DNA of 64,000 nucleotides, taken from Terriglobia bacterium. Lineage in GTDB: Bacteria > Acidobacteriota > Terriglobia > Acidiferrales > UBA7541. The DNA lies in assembly GCA_963695545.1 (NCBI GenBank), contig OY968796.1:768001-832000 (forward strand), written 5' to 3'. Under the pieces are notes generated by a model. That model worked only from the letters and a program-made list of their open reading frames with translations, searched no databases and was not told the DNA's origin. A program made the position numbers and the translations under genes. Below are positions 21,439-31,406 of the stretch, one piece after another. Each line of letters begins with the position of its first letter. The first letter of the stretch is position 1.

Positions 21439-22587
21439 TCAGTTCGCCGATTTCTTTTTCCCACGTGCCCCGCGATTCCATCGCATCTCTTGCTCCAGCA
21501 GCGCGTTCTTTCGCTCGACGCCCCAGCGGTAGCCACCCATGCCGCCGTCTTGGCGCACCACGCGATGGCAGGGAATCACGAGCGAAACTGGATTCGTCGC
21601 GCAGGCCCGAGCCACCGCTCGCGCCGCTTTCGGATGGCCCAACCCGCGCGCGATTTCACCGTACGATTGCGTCGTGCCGCGCGGGATGCGGCGCAGCGCC
21701 TCCCAAACGCGCCGCTGGAACGCCGTGGCCTGCACGTCGAGCGGCAAATCCAAGCTCGGCGCGCGTCCATCCAGATAGCGCACGATGGCCCGCACCCAAG
21801 CCGAGGCCTCGCGGCCGCCCGGGCGTAGCGCCGCCTGCGGATACTCCCGTCGCAATGCATCCGTGAGCGCGGAGTCCCGATCGCCCAAGTACACGGCCGA
21901 AATTCCGCGCGCCGTCGCGCCGACCAGCACGCGTCCCAGGCGCGATCCCGCCAGCGTGTAGGTGATCTCCATTCCGCGGCCGCCTCGGCGATAGGCTGCG
22001 GGCGTCATTCCCAACTGCGCGTTCGATTGTTCGTACAGTCGGCTCGATGAACCATATCCAGCTTCGTACATCGCTTCTGTCACGGTGGTGTCTCCTTTTC
22101 GCAACCGACGCTTCAATCGCCCCACGCGCAAGGCGTCGGCATATTGGCGCGGCGTGATGCCCATCGCGCGGCGAAACATCCGCGCGAGTTGATGCGACGC
22201 TAGGCCCGCGCGCGCCGCCAGTGTCGCGAGATGAATCGGCTCTTCCGAATCGCCCTCGATCTCCCGGCAAACCCGTCGAATCAGCGCGCCGCGGGATTCT
22301 GCCGTGCCAGATCCGTCCGCGCCCACGGCCGCGCCCGGCCTGCAGCGCAGGCACGCCCGAAATCCCGCGCGACCCGCCGCTTCCGGCGTCGCGAAGAAAA
22401 CCACCTGCGCGCGCCGCGGCCTGCGCGAAGCGCATCCCGGCCGGCAATAAATGCCTGTCGAGCGCACCGCGTAAACAAACGCGCCGTCGAATCGCGCGTC
22501 ATGCATTCTGACGGCGTCCCAATAACGCCGCGAGTCGCGCGCCAAAACGCGGCCCTTCGCACTTCGCGCGCTGGAGGCCGATTTCAT
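21439..22587 (-). CDS. ada: Bifunctional regulator / O6-methylguanine-DNA methyltransferase Ada
   Basis: GIYCRPGC..FRACLRC Zn domain, AraC HTH, C-terminal PCHR active site. Confidence 0.93.
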   Translation of the reverse strand: MKSASSARSAKGRVLARDSRRYWDAVRMHDARFDGAFVYAVRSTGIYCRPGCASRRPRRAQVVFFATPEAAGRAGFRACLRCRPGAAVGADGSGTAESRGALIRRVCREIEGDSEEPIHLATLAARAGLASHQLARMFRRAMGITPRQYADALRVGRLKRRLRKGDTTVTEAMYEAGYGSSSRLYEQSNAQLGMTPAAYRRGGRGMEITYTLAGSRLGRVLVGATARGISAVYLGDRDSALTDALRREYPQAALRPGGREASAWVRAIVRYLDGRAPSLDLPLDVQATAFQRRVWEALRRIPRGTTQSYGEIARGLGHPKAARAVARACATNPVSLVIPCHRVVRQDGGMGGYRWGVERKNALLEQEMRWNRGARGKKKSAN

Positions 22588-22716
22588 GATTCGCGGAGCT
22601 TCCTCATCTCGAAAACAAGTTTGCACAACAACCGATCGCGATTCTATCCGATTCTAACGCTCAAAGTGATCGCCGCCGCGCAGTAGCCCTTAAGACACGC
22701 CCGCAGCAGTCCAGGT

Positions 22717-22745
22717 TTGACGCGCCTATTCCCATGGCGGATAGT
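22717..22745 (+). promoter_or_regulatory. Possible sigma70 promoter for the PilZ gene
   Basis: TTGACG-N17-GATAGT. Confidence 0.4.
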
Positions 22746-22789
22746 GGCCCGCGAGCGGTGCCAGAAACGCTGACTGAGGGGAGAAGTCT

Positions 22790-23320
22790 ATGCGCACTGC
22801 TCGACTCCAAACTTCATTGACTGACATCAAGACCTCGCCTGGCCGGTCCGACGGCGCCGGCGGAGGCTTGCGCGCCTCGAGCGTCATGGGCACGCCCGAA
22901 ACGCCGCAATGGGTTGAGCGCGCGCGGCCGCGCGGCATCCGGCGCGTTCCCACGCACACAGTCGGCGTCCCCAACGAGCGCCGCGCTTACGCGCGCGCCC
23001 ATCTGCGCCTGGCGCTCCGCGTCACGCGCGTGGCCGGTCAGCGCCAGCCCGACGCTGTTCGCCTGTGCACGCGAGACATCAGCTCCAGCGGCGTGTTTTT
23101 CCTTTGCCCGCAGCGCATCGAACCCGGCACGCCTGTCGAAATCGAAGTGGCCCTGGTGGACCGGCCGCAGCAACGCGGCAGCGTTCAGATGATCACCAAA
23201 GCGCACATCGTGCGTGCCGAGCCCGCGCGCGCCAATGGATTGCATGGCCTCGCCGCAATCTTCGACGACATCACGTTTCATCGCAGCGATCCTCTCCCGC
23301 CGCGCTTCCATACGATTTAA
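22790..23320 (+). CDS. PilZ-domain (c-di-GMP-binding) protein
   Basis: RxxxR (RAYAR) and DxSxxG (DISSSG) motifs. Confidence 0.75.
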   Translation: MRTARLQTSLTDIKTSPGRSDGAGGGLRASSVMGTPETPQWVERARPRGIRRVPTHTVGVPNERRAYARAHLRLALRVTRVAGQRQPDAVRLCTRDISSSGVFFLCPQRIEPGTPVEIEVALVDRPQQRGSVQMITKAHIVRAEPARANGLHGLAAIFDDITFHRSDPLPPRFHTI

Positions 23321-23380
23321 TCGCACGCCGCAGCCGGCCCTTTTTCGTGCCGGGAATATTGCGCTAGGATCGTAGTCTTC

Positions 23381-24034
23381 ATGGCGTCCCTCCCGGCTCC
23401 CGTGCGCGGCGTGCTGCTCGATTGGGACGGCACGCTCGTCGATTCCTACCAAGCCGACGCGCGCGCTTACCTTGAGATGTTCCGCAAGCTCGGAATCGAT
23501 TGGACGCTCAAAGATCTCGCGCGCCACTATTCCCCGAATTGGTACAACGTCTATCGCGCCGCGCGAATTCCTCGCGCGCAGTGGAAGCGCGCCGATTTTC
23601 TTTGGCGACGCGCGTATCGCTATCAAGACGCCCGGCCCTATCCCGGCGCGCATCGCGCGCTCGCCGCACTCGCGCGTCGCTACCGCGTCGGCCTTGTTAC
23701 CGGTGGGGGCCGCGCACGCGTCCACCGCCAACTCGTCGAGTTTGATCTTGAGCGCGCCTTTGCTGTGCGCGTTTTCAGCGAAAATACGGCACACAAAAAG
23801 CCCCACCCCGCGCCGCTGCTCCTCGCTCTGCGCCGCCTCGGACTCCCTTGCGAAGAGAGCGTCTACGTCGGCGACGCGCCACAAGACATCGAAATGGCGC
23901 GCAATGCCGGCGTTTTTTCCATCGCCGTCATCGGCACGTCTCCCGTGCCCGCGCGACTAAAAGCCGCGCGCCCCGACGCGCGCATCGATTCCATAAAAGA
24001 ATTGCCGCAATTCCTTCGCAGCCTCAAACGGTAG
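23381..24034 (+). CDS. HAD-superfamily hydrolase
   Basis: DWDGTLVDS, KPHP, YVGD...DI motifs. Confidence 0.88.
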   Translation: MASLPAPVRGVLLDWDGTLVDSYQADARAYLEMFRKLGIDWTLKDLARHYSPNWYNVYRAARIPRAQWKRADFLWRRAYRYQDARPYPGAHRALAALARRYRVGLVTGGGRARVHRQLVEFDLERAFAVRVFSENTAHKKPHPAPLLLALRRLGLPCEESVYVGDAPQDIEMARNAGVFSIAVIGTSPVPARLKAARPDARIDSIKELPQFLRSLKR

Positions 24035-24061
24035 GTTTCGGAAAGAGGATTGGCTTCGGGT

Positions 24062-24982
24062 TCAGTGTGCCGGTGCGCCGGCTGGCAATGGCGCAGTGCC
24101 GGCAGCGGATGCCGAAGGGGGTAGCGGCACAGCCTGGTAGTCGGTCCAGCGAATAATCAAGCGAATCGGAATGATCGCGTCCTTCGTGGTCACTTGATCG
24201 TCCGAGCGAGAATACGCGGGAAACCAATCGTCGCCCACCGGCTGCCGGTAGGTCTCAAACGTGACGAACGGCAGTTTGGGTGACTTCACATCTCCCAACT
24301 CGCTGACCCACTTTCCGTAACTTTTCACGATCGCCAGTTCTTGATCGTCCACCCAAACCACGCCTGAAAAATATGCGTGCTGCCGGTCTACTTGCCTGGG
24401 CTCCACGGAAAATACATACGTGTCCAGTTCATCCACTTTCTGCCTGCCCTGATACGTGATGGTGTACTTCGCAAGCTGGTCGGTAGTCAGCGGAAATTGC
24501 GGAATCATCGCCACCGCCACAACGTCTTCGGGCGCGAATTGCAGAAAATGAAGGTCTCCGGCCGTCGGAGGCGGACCTGGCGGCGCGTTCGGACTGGCCG
24601 TGCTCGCGTCGCTTCCCGAAGTAGGCGCTCCGATCACCCGCTCGTAGCGCTGGCCGTCGGACCCGAAAAACGGCGTGGTGATCACTTCAACCTGGCCCGT
24701 CGGCTTTCCGTTATCCCCGATCTCTTGGACCAGGATGCTCTTGCGATAGCCAAACCCCCGGCTGTCTCGCGCGAAAACATCTTCTTTCGCCGCAAAGCGC
24801 TTAATGATTTCATCGGGAGGGATCGCGCTCGCCTCCGGCGTCGAGTTAGCCGGGATGCGCATGACGGTGCGCGGCGGGGCCGTAGTCATCGGCCCGGTCG
24901 TGCTGCCTTGCGCCGCCAGGCGCGGGCAAATCGCGGCGCCGGCCGTGAGCGCGAAGAGGATTGCGAAAAGCTTCTTGCTCAT
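24062..24982 (-). CDS. Secreted hypothetical protein (possibly LolA/RseB-like fold)
   Basis: Signal peptide from MSKKLFAIL; Y.G..KVDE..TYVF.V.P...F.G.VWVD pattern. Confidence 0.65.
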   Translation of the reverse strand: MSKKLFAILFALTAGAAICPRLAAQGSTTGPMTTAPPRTVMRIPANSTPEASAIPPDEIIKRFAAKEDVFARDSRGFGYRKSILVQEIGDNGKPTGQVEVITTPFFGSDGQRYERVIGAPTSGSDASTASPNAPPGPPPTAGDLHFLQFAPEDVVAVAMIPQFPLTTDQLAKYTITYQGRQKVDELDTYVFSVEPRQVDRQHAYFSGVVWVDDQELAIVKSYGKWVSELGDVKSPKLPFVTFETYRQPVGDDWFPAYSRSDDQVTTKDAIIPIRLIIRWTDYQAVPLPPSASAAGTAPLPAGAPAH

Positions 24983-25111
24983 TCGATTTCCGATCGAGAT
25001 TCGCGCGCTCATCGAAATTGCATCGCGCCCCGAGGATATCTCTCGCATACGAATTACGATGCCGCCGGCCGCATTTTCGCTTCCTGCGTTCCGGCGCGTT
25101 TCGCGTCGCCG

Positions 25112-28100
25112 CTACTGTCCCGGCCCAACAGTGTACCGCAGCGACGTCTCGGCAGGCAGATCGGGGCCCAGCGGAACCGCCACCTCCAGCAGCACAGCAT
25201 CCGACTTCATCTCGAGCGTCAGCGCTCCCGCCGTCCACTCGAAATCGAGCGCTGCATGGCCCGGCGTGCGAATCTCCAGTCGGCTTACGCCCGCAGGAGC
25301 CGCAAGCGGCGGGCCCTCCGGCACAAAGCGCAGGCACGCGTCGTTCGTGCTTCGATCATGATGGTCGGCCGCGACGCCGCCGGGCGCCCGCGCAATCCAG
25401 CAGAATTGCGTCCCGCGATCCTCGCCGCTCGCGGCAGGCAGCGACGACACGGCGACAAATTGAAGCGCGGGACTCGCTGGCGAGTCTGCGCTCCCCGCTT
25501 CAAGCGAAACGCGATAACGCGCCTCAACGGTTGCCGGCGCGATCAGGCGCACAGTTTTTTCGATCACGGCCCCGGCCGGCCCCGCCTCTGGCGCCTGGTA
25601 ACGCATCCGCACGCCGTTAGACGTCGCTGCCTCCATTGCAGCGCTCGCGCCCGTGGCGGCGGCCGGCGAAACAGTCGGCGCCGCGCCTGCGCCTGTCCAC
25701 TCCGCGGTGTACGCCCGATTGAAAGTGAAATCGTGCGGCTCTGAATCGTTGCCCACGAGGAACCAATCGCGCAGCGCCCCCCAGGTAGTCACAAAATTCT
25801 CGCCGGTGCCCTCCGATACCAGGGCCAGCATCCTCCCGCCGTCGCGCGGAGAAAGAAACAATCGCAGCGCGCTGTTTTCAAGCACCCAATCAGGCGAACC
25901 GTCGCGCTCGAAATCGTATGTATAGTGAAGAAGCGCGCCGGACGCCGCGCTTTGAAACTCCAGCGGGAATCGCAGTTGCCGATCATGCGCGTCGAGTCGC
26001 AATTCTTCCGTGATCCGCCCGTCCGGCGGCCACACTGGAGGAACCAGCGGATCGGGCACGGCTTTGATGTCGGTCAAGAGCGTCGCGCCGGAATCAACGT
26101 GCACCGAACCGGATCCAGCGAACGGACCAACAACGTGCGCTACAAAACCCACCGTGCCGTCGCCGCGATTGTCCGTGCGCAAAACCAACCGCTGGTCTTT
26201 TGCTTCTTTGCCTTCTTCGGGGGCCACAACGATCAATGCCGGTACGCTTCCAAGCGACGGGCCCTGCCCCAGCGGCAATCGCACCGCGCTCAGCATGGAA
26301 ACGTCGAAGTCCGCGCGCGGATGTTTCGGCGGATCGGGCTTCTCAGGCACGTGCGGTATGTATCGCAAATAAATTTTCACAGTGCGAACGTAATCCGGCG
26401 CCGCGCCGCGCAGCACGTTCACCTCGAAAGTGCGGACCAGGCTCGACCACTTCCCGTCCACGCTGTTATCGTCGAGTTCCACTTTCGTCGGCTGGCTCTC
26501 GAGGCGAAGCATCACGTCTGCGCTCAACGGCGCGTAGAAAGTCAGCTCGAGCAAATTTTTCTCGCGCTCCGCTCCCAGCAATTCCGCCCCGGAAGTGACG
26601 ATTTCGTCCGAACACGGCTTATCGGACCGCGCCTCGCTGCACAACGGAGCGTGCAGCGGGAGCAGCAGTGAATCTCCCGCCGGAACGCCGACGTGTAAAT
26701 GCAGCGTGCCTTGGTATCCGCCCTTCTCCGCTTCCGGCGGCGCGATCACGTCCAAATCCGCTTCCTGCGCCTGCGACGAATCGAGATTCGTCGCGCTCAA
26801 TAGTCCCGCTGCGCACAGCGGCCTTGCAACGCAGCGCGAGCTCAGAGTCTCGAGCGATCCACCTGCTTCCCGGCCCACAAGTTCGCTAAAAACTAACGCA
26901 TCGCCCCGTGGTGGAGCGTCAGTTCGCCGGATCGCCGCCGGCGCGCCGGCATTCTCGATCACCCTGCTCAAGCCCTTCGGCGCCCACTCGGCTTCGGGGC
27001 GCGCGCGCGATTCTGCCAGCGACTCGCTCGGATCGACCCATGAATAAAAATCCTGCGCCCATTCGATCGTCCCTCCATCGCCGTAGGAGCGCCGTATCGC
27101 GTCAGGGACCTTGGCTGTTTGCGATACAGTTCCCGGAGCCTCCCACACGGCGGCGAGCCCCGGCAGCGTGGGTCGGGGCGATTCCACAATCAGGATTCCG
27201 CCGCGGCGAACGTATTCAAGCAGCGTCTGCTGTGCGCGCGCCGGCAGCATCCGCTCGCCACCCGAATCCATTTTCGGCGCGATCAGCAGCAACACTGGAT
27301 CGCGCAGGAGCCGTTCGACCGTCTGCGTCGCGGGATCAACCACCTCCGCCGTGCGGCCCTCCAATTCCGCCACGCGCAGTACCTGCGCAAGCGCGCGCCG
27401 CTCTTGATCTCGGTCCCGAGAATCTTGGTTCGGTGCGGTCGCGTCCGGAGTTTCGCCGCCGGTGCCGCCAGTTACGTCGCGCGGAACTTCCGCGCGAAGA
27501 TCGACGACTCCGAGATCGGCTCGCAGATGCACAGACGCCAGCCGTTCGCCCCAAGCTTTCACCAATCGTCCATTCCGCGCGATCGCCGCGGCCTGCGTGC
27601 GAGGTCCGCCTTCCATGTCCAGCGCCACATCGCGGTTCAAATATCGATTGGTTCCCGGTGCCTCGTAGCCTGCCGGCGTCAAGGAATCTTGGAACGGCGC
27701 ATACACGATCGCGCCAATTCCGCGTCCCATCACTAACCGCGAGCCGACGATCGTCGCCGATGCCGCCACGCGTGCTGGCGAATCTTCGCCGGGCGCGGCG
27801 TAGCCGCCCGCGTGGAACGCTGTGATCAGTGCGGGAATGTTCGTTTGCTGTTCGAGCGTGTCCGACAGCAGCGCGAGTGTTTCTGCGTCGGGTGCGCCAA
27901 GCGTCGCCCCGTCTGGCGCGGCAAGATCCGTGGACGCCGCACGCGGCGAAAAAATCCATCGTGCCGCAACTCCCGCCACCGAAGATTCTGTTGTGCCAAA
28001 GTCCGGCCTCGCCATTAGCGCATCGAGTCCGGAGTCCGCTAAATCGCCCGGCGCCGCCAAACACGGCGCGTTCACCCCGCCGGCCGCCAGTTGCGCACAG

Positions 28101-29026
28101 AGCGCGCTCAAATAGTGAGCCAGATTTGGCGCGACGCTTGCGCGCGAAACAGAGGGCACGCTCGCGGACCCGGCGTGATCTCCAGAAATGTCGCCCACAA
28201 AATCTCCGACAACGACAAATAGCAGCGGGCCGCTCGCATCCTGCGTCGTGGTTGTCCCCCACGTGTCCGACGAATTGATCGTGATCTTTTTGTGCGAGTC
28301 GTAAGGAGCCAGTTCACGCCCCAGCGCGGAAAACCATTCCCGATTGGCCCGCAGAAAATCCTCGCGCGCGAGCCACCCTGCCGCGGCGGCATCGGCATCG
28401 CGATGAAACTCAGCCGCGAGCGGCGGCTCCGCGCCGTCTGCAAGTTGCTCGGCCGTCATGCCGTAATCGGGAGCGCGCACCAGCCATTCCGGATAGCCCG
28501 CCAGGCGCCACGTCGCCGGCATCTGAGGTCCCGCGTGCACGATCAGCTTGAATCCGCGATCCGCGATCAAGCGCAGCAATCCCCGCAGATCGCGCCGCGG
28601 ATTCGAGTGGCCGTCGAAATCGAATTCCCCTGCGGCTGTCTCGTGCCAATTCCACGGGATCGTGAGGTCAATCGTGTTGATGCCTAATTCGTGGTAGCGG
28701 TCCAGAGAGTGAGCCCACAAGTCTTGCGGAAGGCCAAAATAATCAAACGCGGCGCCGTTCACGAAGAATGGCTTGCCGTCCACTTGTAGCTCGGGCTCGC
28801 CATTGTCCTGAACGATTCGGGCGCCCGAAAAATCCGCAGGAGGAGACGCGTTCTGCGGTGCGGCGAACCCCACGCGGCCAAAGCACAAGATGAATACCAG
28901 AGTGACGAGCGGCGGAATCCGCGCGGCAGCGGACAAAGTTCCTTGGCGCGTGCCATAGGGCAGCGAGTCGGTCCCCGGGCGGCACCGCGAATCATGATTC
29001 CTCGAAGCTCGGCCGCTGCGCCGCAC
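25112..29026 (-). CDS. Large secreted GH35 beta-galactosidase-like multidomain protein (possibly inactive)
   Basis: GINTI..IPWNWHE..GEFDF.G, ..GP...W..GYPEWL GH35 signature; start uncertain. Confidence 0.75.
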   Translation of the reverse strand: MRRSGRASRNHDSRCRPGTDSLPYGTRQGTLSAAARIPPLVTLVFILCFGRVGFAAPQNASPPADFSGARIVQDNGEPELQVDGKPFFVNGAAFDYFGLPQDLWAHSLDRYHELGINTIDLTIPWNWHETAAGEFDFDGHSNPRRDLRGLLRLIADRGFKLIVHAGPQMPATWRLAGYPEWLVRAPDYGMTAEQLADGAEPPLAAEFHRDADAAAAGWLAREDFLRANREWFSALGRELAPYDSHKKITINSSDTWGTTTTQDASGPLLFVVVGDFVGDISGDHAGSASVPSVSRASVAPNLAHYLSALCAQLAAGGVNAPCLAAPGDLADSGLDALMARPDFGTTESSVAGVAARWIFSPRAASTDLAAPDGATLGAPDAETLALLSDTLEQQTNIPALITAFHAGGYAAPGEDSPARVAASATIVGSRLVMGRGIGAIVYAPFQDSLTPAGYEAPGTNRYLNRDVALDMEGGPRTQAAAIARNGRLVKAWGERLASVHLRADLGVVDLRAEVPRDVTGGTGGETPDATAPNQDSRDRDQERRALAQVLRVAELEGRTAEVVDPATQTVERLLRDPVLLLIAPKMDSGGERMLPARAQQTLLEYVRRGGILIVESPRPTLPGLAAVWEAPGTVSQTAKVPDAIRRSYGDGGTIEWAQDFYSWVDPSESLAESRARPEAEWAPKGLSRVIENAGAPAAIRRTDAPPRGDALVFSELVGREAGGSLETLSSRCVARPLCAAGLLSATNLDSSQAQEADLDVIAPPEAEKGGYQGTLHLHVGVPAGDSLLLPLHAPLCSEARSDKPCSDEIVTSGAELLGAEREKNLLELTFYAPLSADVMLRLESQPTKVELDDNSVDGKWSSLVRTFEVNVLRGAAPDYVRTVKIYLRYIPHVPEKPDPPKHPRADFDVSMLSAVRLPLGQGPSLGSVPALIVVAPEEGKEAKDQRLVLRTDNRGDGTVGFVAHVVGPFAGSGSVHVDSGATLLTDIKAVPDPLVPPVWPPDGRITEELRLDAHDRQLRFPLEFQSAASGALLHYTYDFERDGSPDWVLENSALRLFLSPRDGGRMLALVSEGTGENFVTTWGALRDWFLVGNDSEPHDFTFNRAYTAEWTGAGAAPTVSPAAATGASAAMEAATSNGVRMRYQAPEAGPAGAVIEKTVRLIAPATVEARYRVSLEAGSADSPASPALQFVAVSSLPAASGEDRGTQFCWIARAPGGVAADHHDRSTNDACLRFVPEGPPLAAPAGVSRLEIRTPGHAALDFEWTAGALTLEMKSDAVLLEVAVPLGPDLPAETSLRYTVGPGQ

Positions 29027-29125
29027 GGATGGTCATCTTAACCTGCGCGGCTGCTCATTCCCAACCGCCGCCAGCCTCCGGTCTGATACAATCGCGCGCT
29101 TGCGGCTATCAGCGCCGCACCGGCC

Positions 29126-29419
29126 GTGCCAGCGGAGCTTCACGCCAAACGGTTCTACGTTTCCGGAATGGTGCAGGGCGTGGGATTCCGCTTCTTCGCG
29201 CGGCGCCAGGCCACGCGCCTGGGCCTCGGCGGCTATTCCCGAAATCTGGCGGACGGCCGCGTCGAAGTCTACGCCGTGGGAACCACCGAGCAGCTTGACT
29301 TGTTGGCCGCGGAACTCGCGCGCGGGCCAGGCGCGTCCAGCGTCGAACGCGTCCAGAGCGAAGACGCCGAGGTGATCGAGAAGCACAGCGGCTGGTTCTC
29401 AATTGAGCCCGGCGCGTAA
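29126..29419 (+). CDS. acyP: Acylphosphatase
   Basis: VSGMVQGVGFR, N.ADGRVE motifs. Confidence 0.9.
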   Translation: MPAELHAKRFYVSGMVQGVGFRFFARRQATRLGLGGYSRNLADGRVEVYAVGTTEQLDLLAAELARGPGASSVERVQSEDAEVIEKHSGWFSIEPGA

Positions 29420-29491
29420 ATCGAATTCGTCGACAAAATCGCGATCGCTCGATCCACCGAATCCATCAAATTCGCAAGGAGAGCAAAACGC

Positions 29492-30013
29492 ATGGATGAT
29501 CTGAAGAAATTGATCCGCGAAGTTCCGGACTACCCCAAGCCGGGCATTCTCTTTTACGACTTGACCACGCTGCTGCAAAACGGCCCCGGCCTGCACTTGC
29601 TGATCGATTGCCTCTGCTCCCACTACGATGGCGCGAAGGTGGACGCGGTCGTCGGAGTCGAAGCGCGCGGATTCATTTTCGCGCCGGCGCTGGCGTATCG
29701 CCTCGGCGCGGGATTCGTGCCCGTGCGCAAGCCGAAAAAGTTGCCCTGGAAAACCGCGAGCATCACCTACCAACTCGAGTACGGCACGGACACGCTCGAA
29801 ATCCACCAGGACGCCATCGAGCCGGGCCAGCGCGTGCTGATCAGCGACGATCTGCTGGCCACCGGCGGCACCGCCGCGGCCGCGGCCGCTCTGGTGCGCA
29901 AGCTCGGCGGCGAAGTTGTCGGCGCAGCCTTCGCGCTCGAACTCACGTTTCTCAATGGCCGCGCGAAACTGCCGGGCCTCGATGTCTTTTCTCTGCTCTC
30001 CTACGATTCCTGA
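29492..30013 (+). CDS. apt: Adenine phosphoribosyltransferase
   Basis: [40 protein letters not shown]. Confidence 0.96.
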   Translation: MDDLKKLIREVPDYPKPGILFYDLTTLLQNGPGLHLLIDCLCSHYDGAKVDAVVGVEARGFIFAPALAYRLGAGFVPVRKPKKLPWKTASITYQLEYGTDTLEIHQDAIEPGQRVLISDDLLATGGTAAAAAALVRKLGGEVVGAAFALELTFLNGRAKLPGLDVFSLLSYDS

Positions 30014-30041
30014 GTTCGGTATGTCGCGCCGGCCCCTGTAG

Positions 30042-30770
30042 CTACATTCGAGCGCGTTGCCGAACCGCCTCAAACAGCGCTATCCCAGCAGCGACCGAAA
30101 CATTCAGAGTGCGTACGGGTCCCGACGTCGGAATTGAAGCCAGGAAATCACAACGCGTGCGAATCAACTCGTGGAGTCCTTTGCCTTCGCCGCCGAGCAC
30201 GATCCCGGTCGGAACGGTCAAATCCAATTCGGTTAATCTTTTTTCGCTGCGTTCATCGAGACCCACGAGCCAATAGCCTGCCTCCTTCAACTCTTCCATA
30301 GCGCGCGCCAAATTCGGCACGCGCGCCACGGGCAAATGCTCGAGTGCTCCCGCCGCCGCGCGCGCCACGGCGTCGGTGAGTCCAGCGGCGCGCCGCTCGG
30401 CAATCACCACGCCGCGTGCACCGGCCGCAAGCGATGTGCGAATCACCGCGCCCAAATTGTGCGGATCTTCAACGCCATCGAGCAGCACGAGAAGGCCCGG
30501 CCCCGCGTCCGAAACACGCAGCAGGTCCGTGAGTGTTGCGGGCGGCTTGGCTGCCGCGAACGCCACTACTCCCTGATGCTCGCGTGTGCCGCTAGCGCGG
30601 TCCACCTGAGCGCGCTCCTCAAAACGCACCGGCACTCCGTTGCGCCGCGCGAGTTGCACGAGCGAATCGAGGCGTTCGCCGTGGCGACCGCGTGCCACAA
30701 GCACACGATCGAGCGGGCGGCCCGCTTCGAGCGCCTCGCGCACGGCATGGATTCCGGTCAATCGCTCCAC
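30042..30770 (-). CDS. rlmB: 23S rRNA G2251 2'-O-methyltransferase
   Basis: G.HAV.EAL, HQGV, LDGVEDPHNLGA, GGEGKGL, LNVSVA SPOUT motifs. Confidence 0.92.
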   Translation of the reverse strand: MERLTGIHAVREALEAGRPLDRVLVARGRHGERLDSLVQLARRNGVPVRFEERAQVDRASGTREHQGVVAFAAAKPPATLTDLLRVSDAGPGLLVLLDGVEDPHNLGAVIRTSLAAGARGVVIAERRAAGLTDAVARAAAGALEHLPVARVPNLARAMEELKEAGYWLVGLDERSEKRLTELDLTVPTGIVLGGEGKGLHELIRTRCDFLASIPTSGPVRTLNVSVAAGIALFEAVRQRARM

Positions 30771-30800
30771 AGAAACTCCTGGAAAATTTATCGGCGCAGT

Positions 30801-31406
30801 TCAGTCGAGAACCGCGCAGAATTCAAGCATGCGCTCGCGCGCCGTTTTCACTGGCGCAAATCCCCGCGCGGCGGCCGCCGAGTCCAGCAACAAAATCACG
30901 CGATCGAGTTCGCCTTCTCCCGTGCGCCCAGCCAGCGCCAAGCGAATCGAATGAAACAGCGGACGACCGCTTGCGCCCGACCGCTGCTTCACGGCGATGA
31001 TGATTTCCTTCAAGCGCTCGGAATCGACCGCCTGCCCCGCCCTCGGCGCTGCCAACAACTCAACACCCAAGACGCGAATCGCATCGCGCGCGCCATCGCG
31101 CAGCAGCAATCCGTGAGCGTCCGCGGAAGCGATAACCGCGCGCGCGTCGTATCGAAACACCAAGCGCAAAAGCTCCGCGAGCCCATCTCGATCCGCGCAA
31201 TACGGGCCGAGCCACGCGGCGGCGTCAGCCATCCAATCATCTGCTGGCGACGAGCCTACGATTTCCGCCGGCGACGAGCCGGCTTCTAATCGAGCGCCCG
31301 AAACGAAAGCAGCGGAGAACCAGCCGCGCTCGATCAAAATCGCGCGCACGTCGCCGGCTGACCAGGTGTTAACGGCGAGCGCGCGCGCTTCGCGTTCAGC
31401 CCACAC
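30801..31406 (-). CDS. Stand-alone protein resembling the GluRS C-terminal anticodon-binding domain
   Basis: VK...G..G..LFH.IRLALAG...G.EL motif; no HIGH/KMSKS; start uncertain (GTG overlapping ispF end). Confidence 0.65.
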   Translation of the reverse strand: MWAEREARALAVNTWSAGDVRAILIERGWFSAAFVSGARLEAGSSPAEIVGSSPADDWMADAAAWLGPYCADRDGLAELLRLVFRYDARAVIASADAHGLLLRDGARDAIRVLGVELLAAPRAGQAVDSERLKEIIIAVKQRSGASGRPLFHSIRLALAGRTGEGELDRVILLLDSAAAARGFAPVKTARERMLEFCAVLD

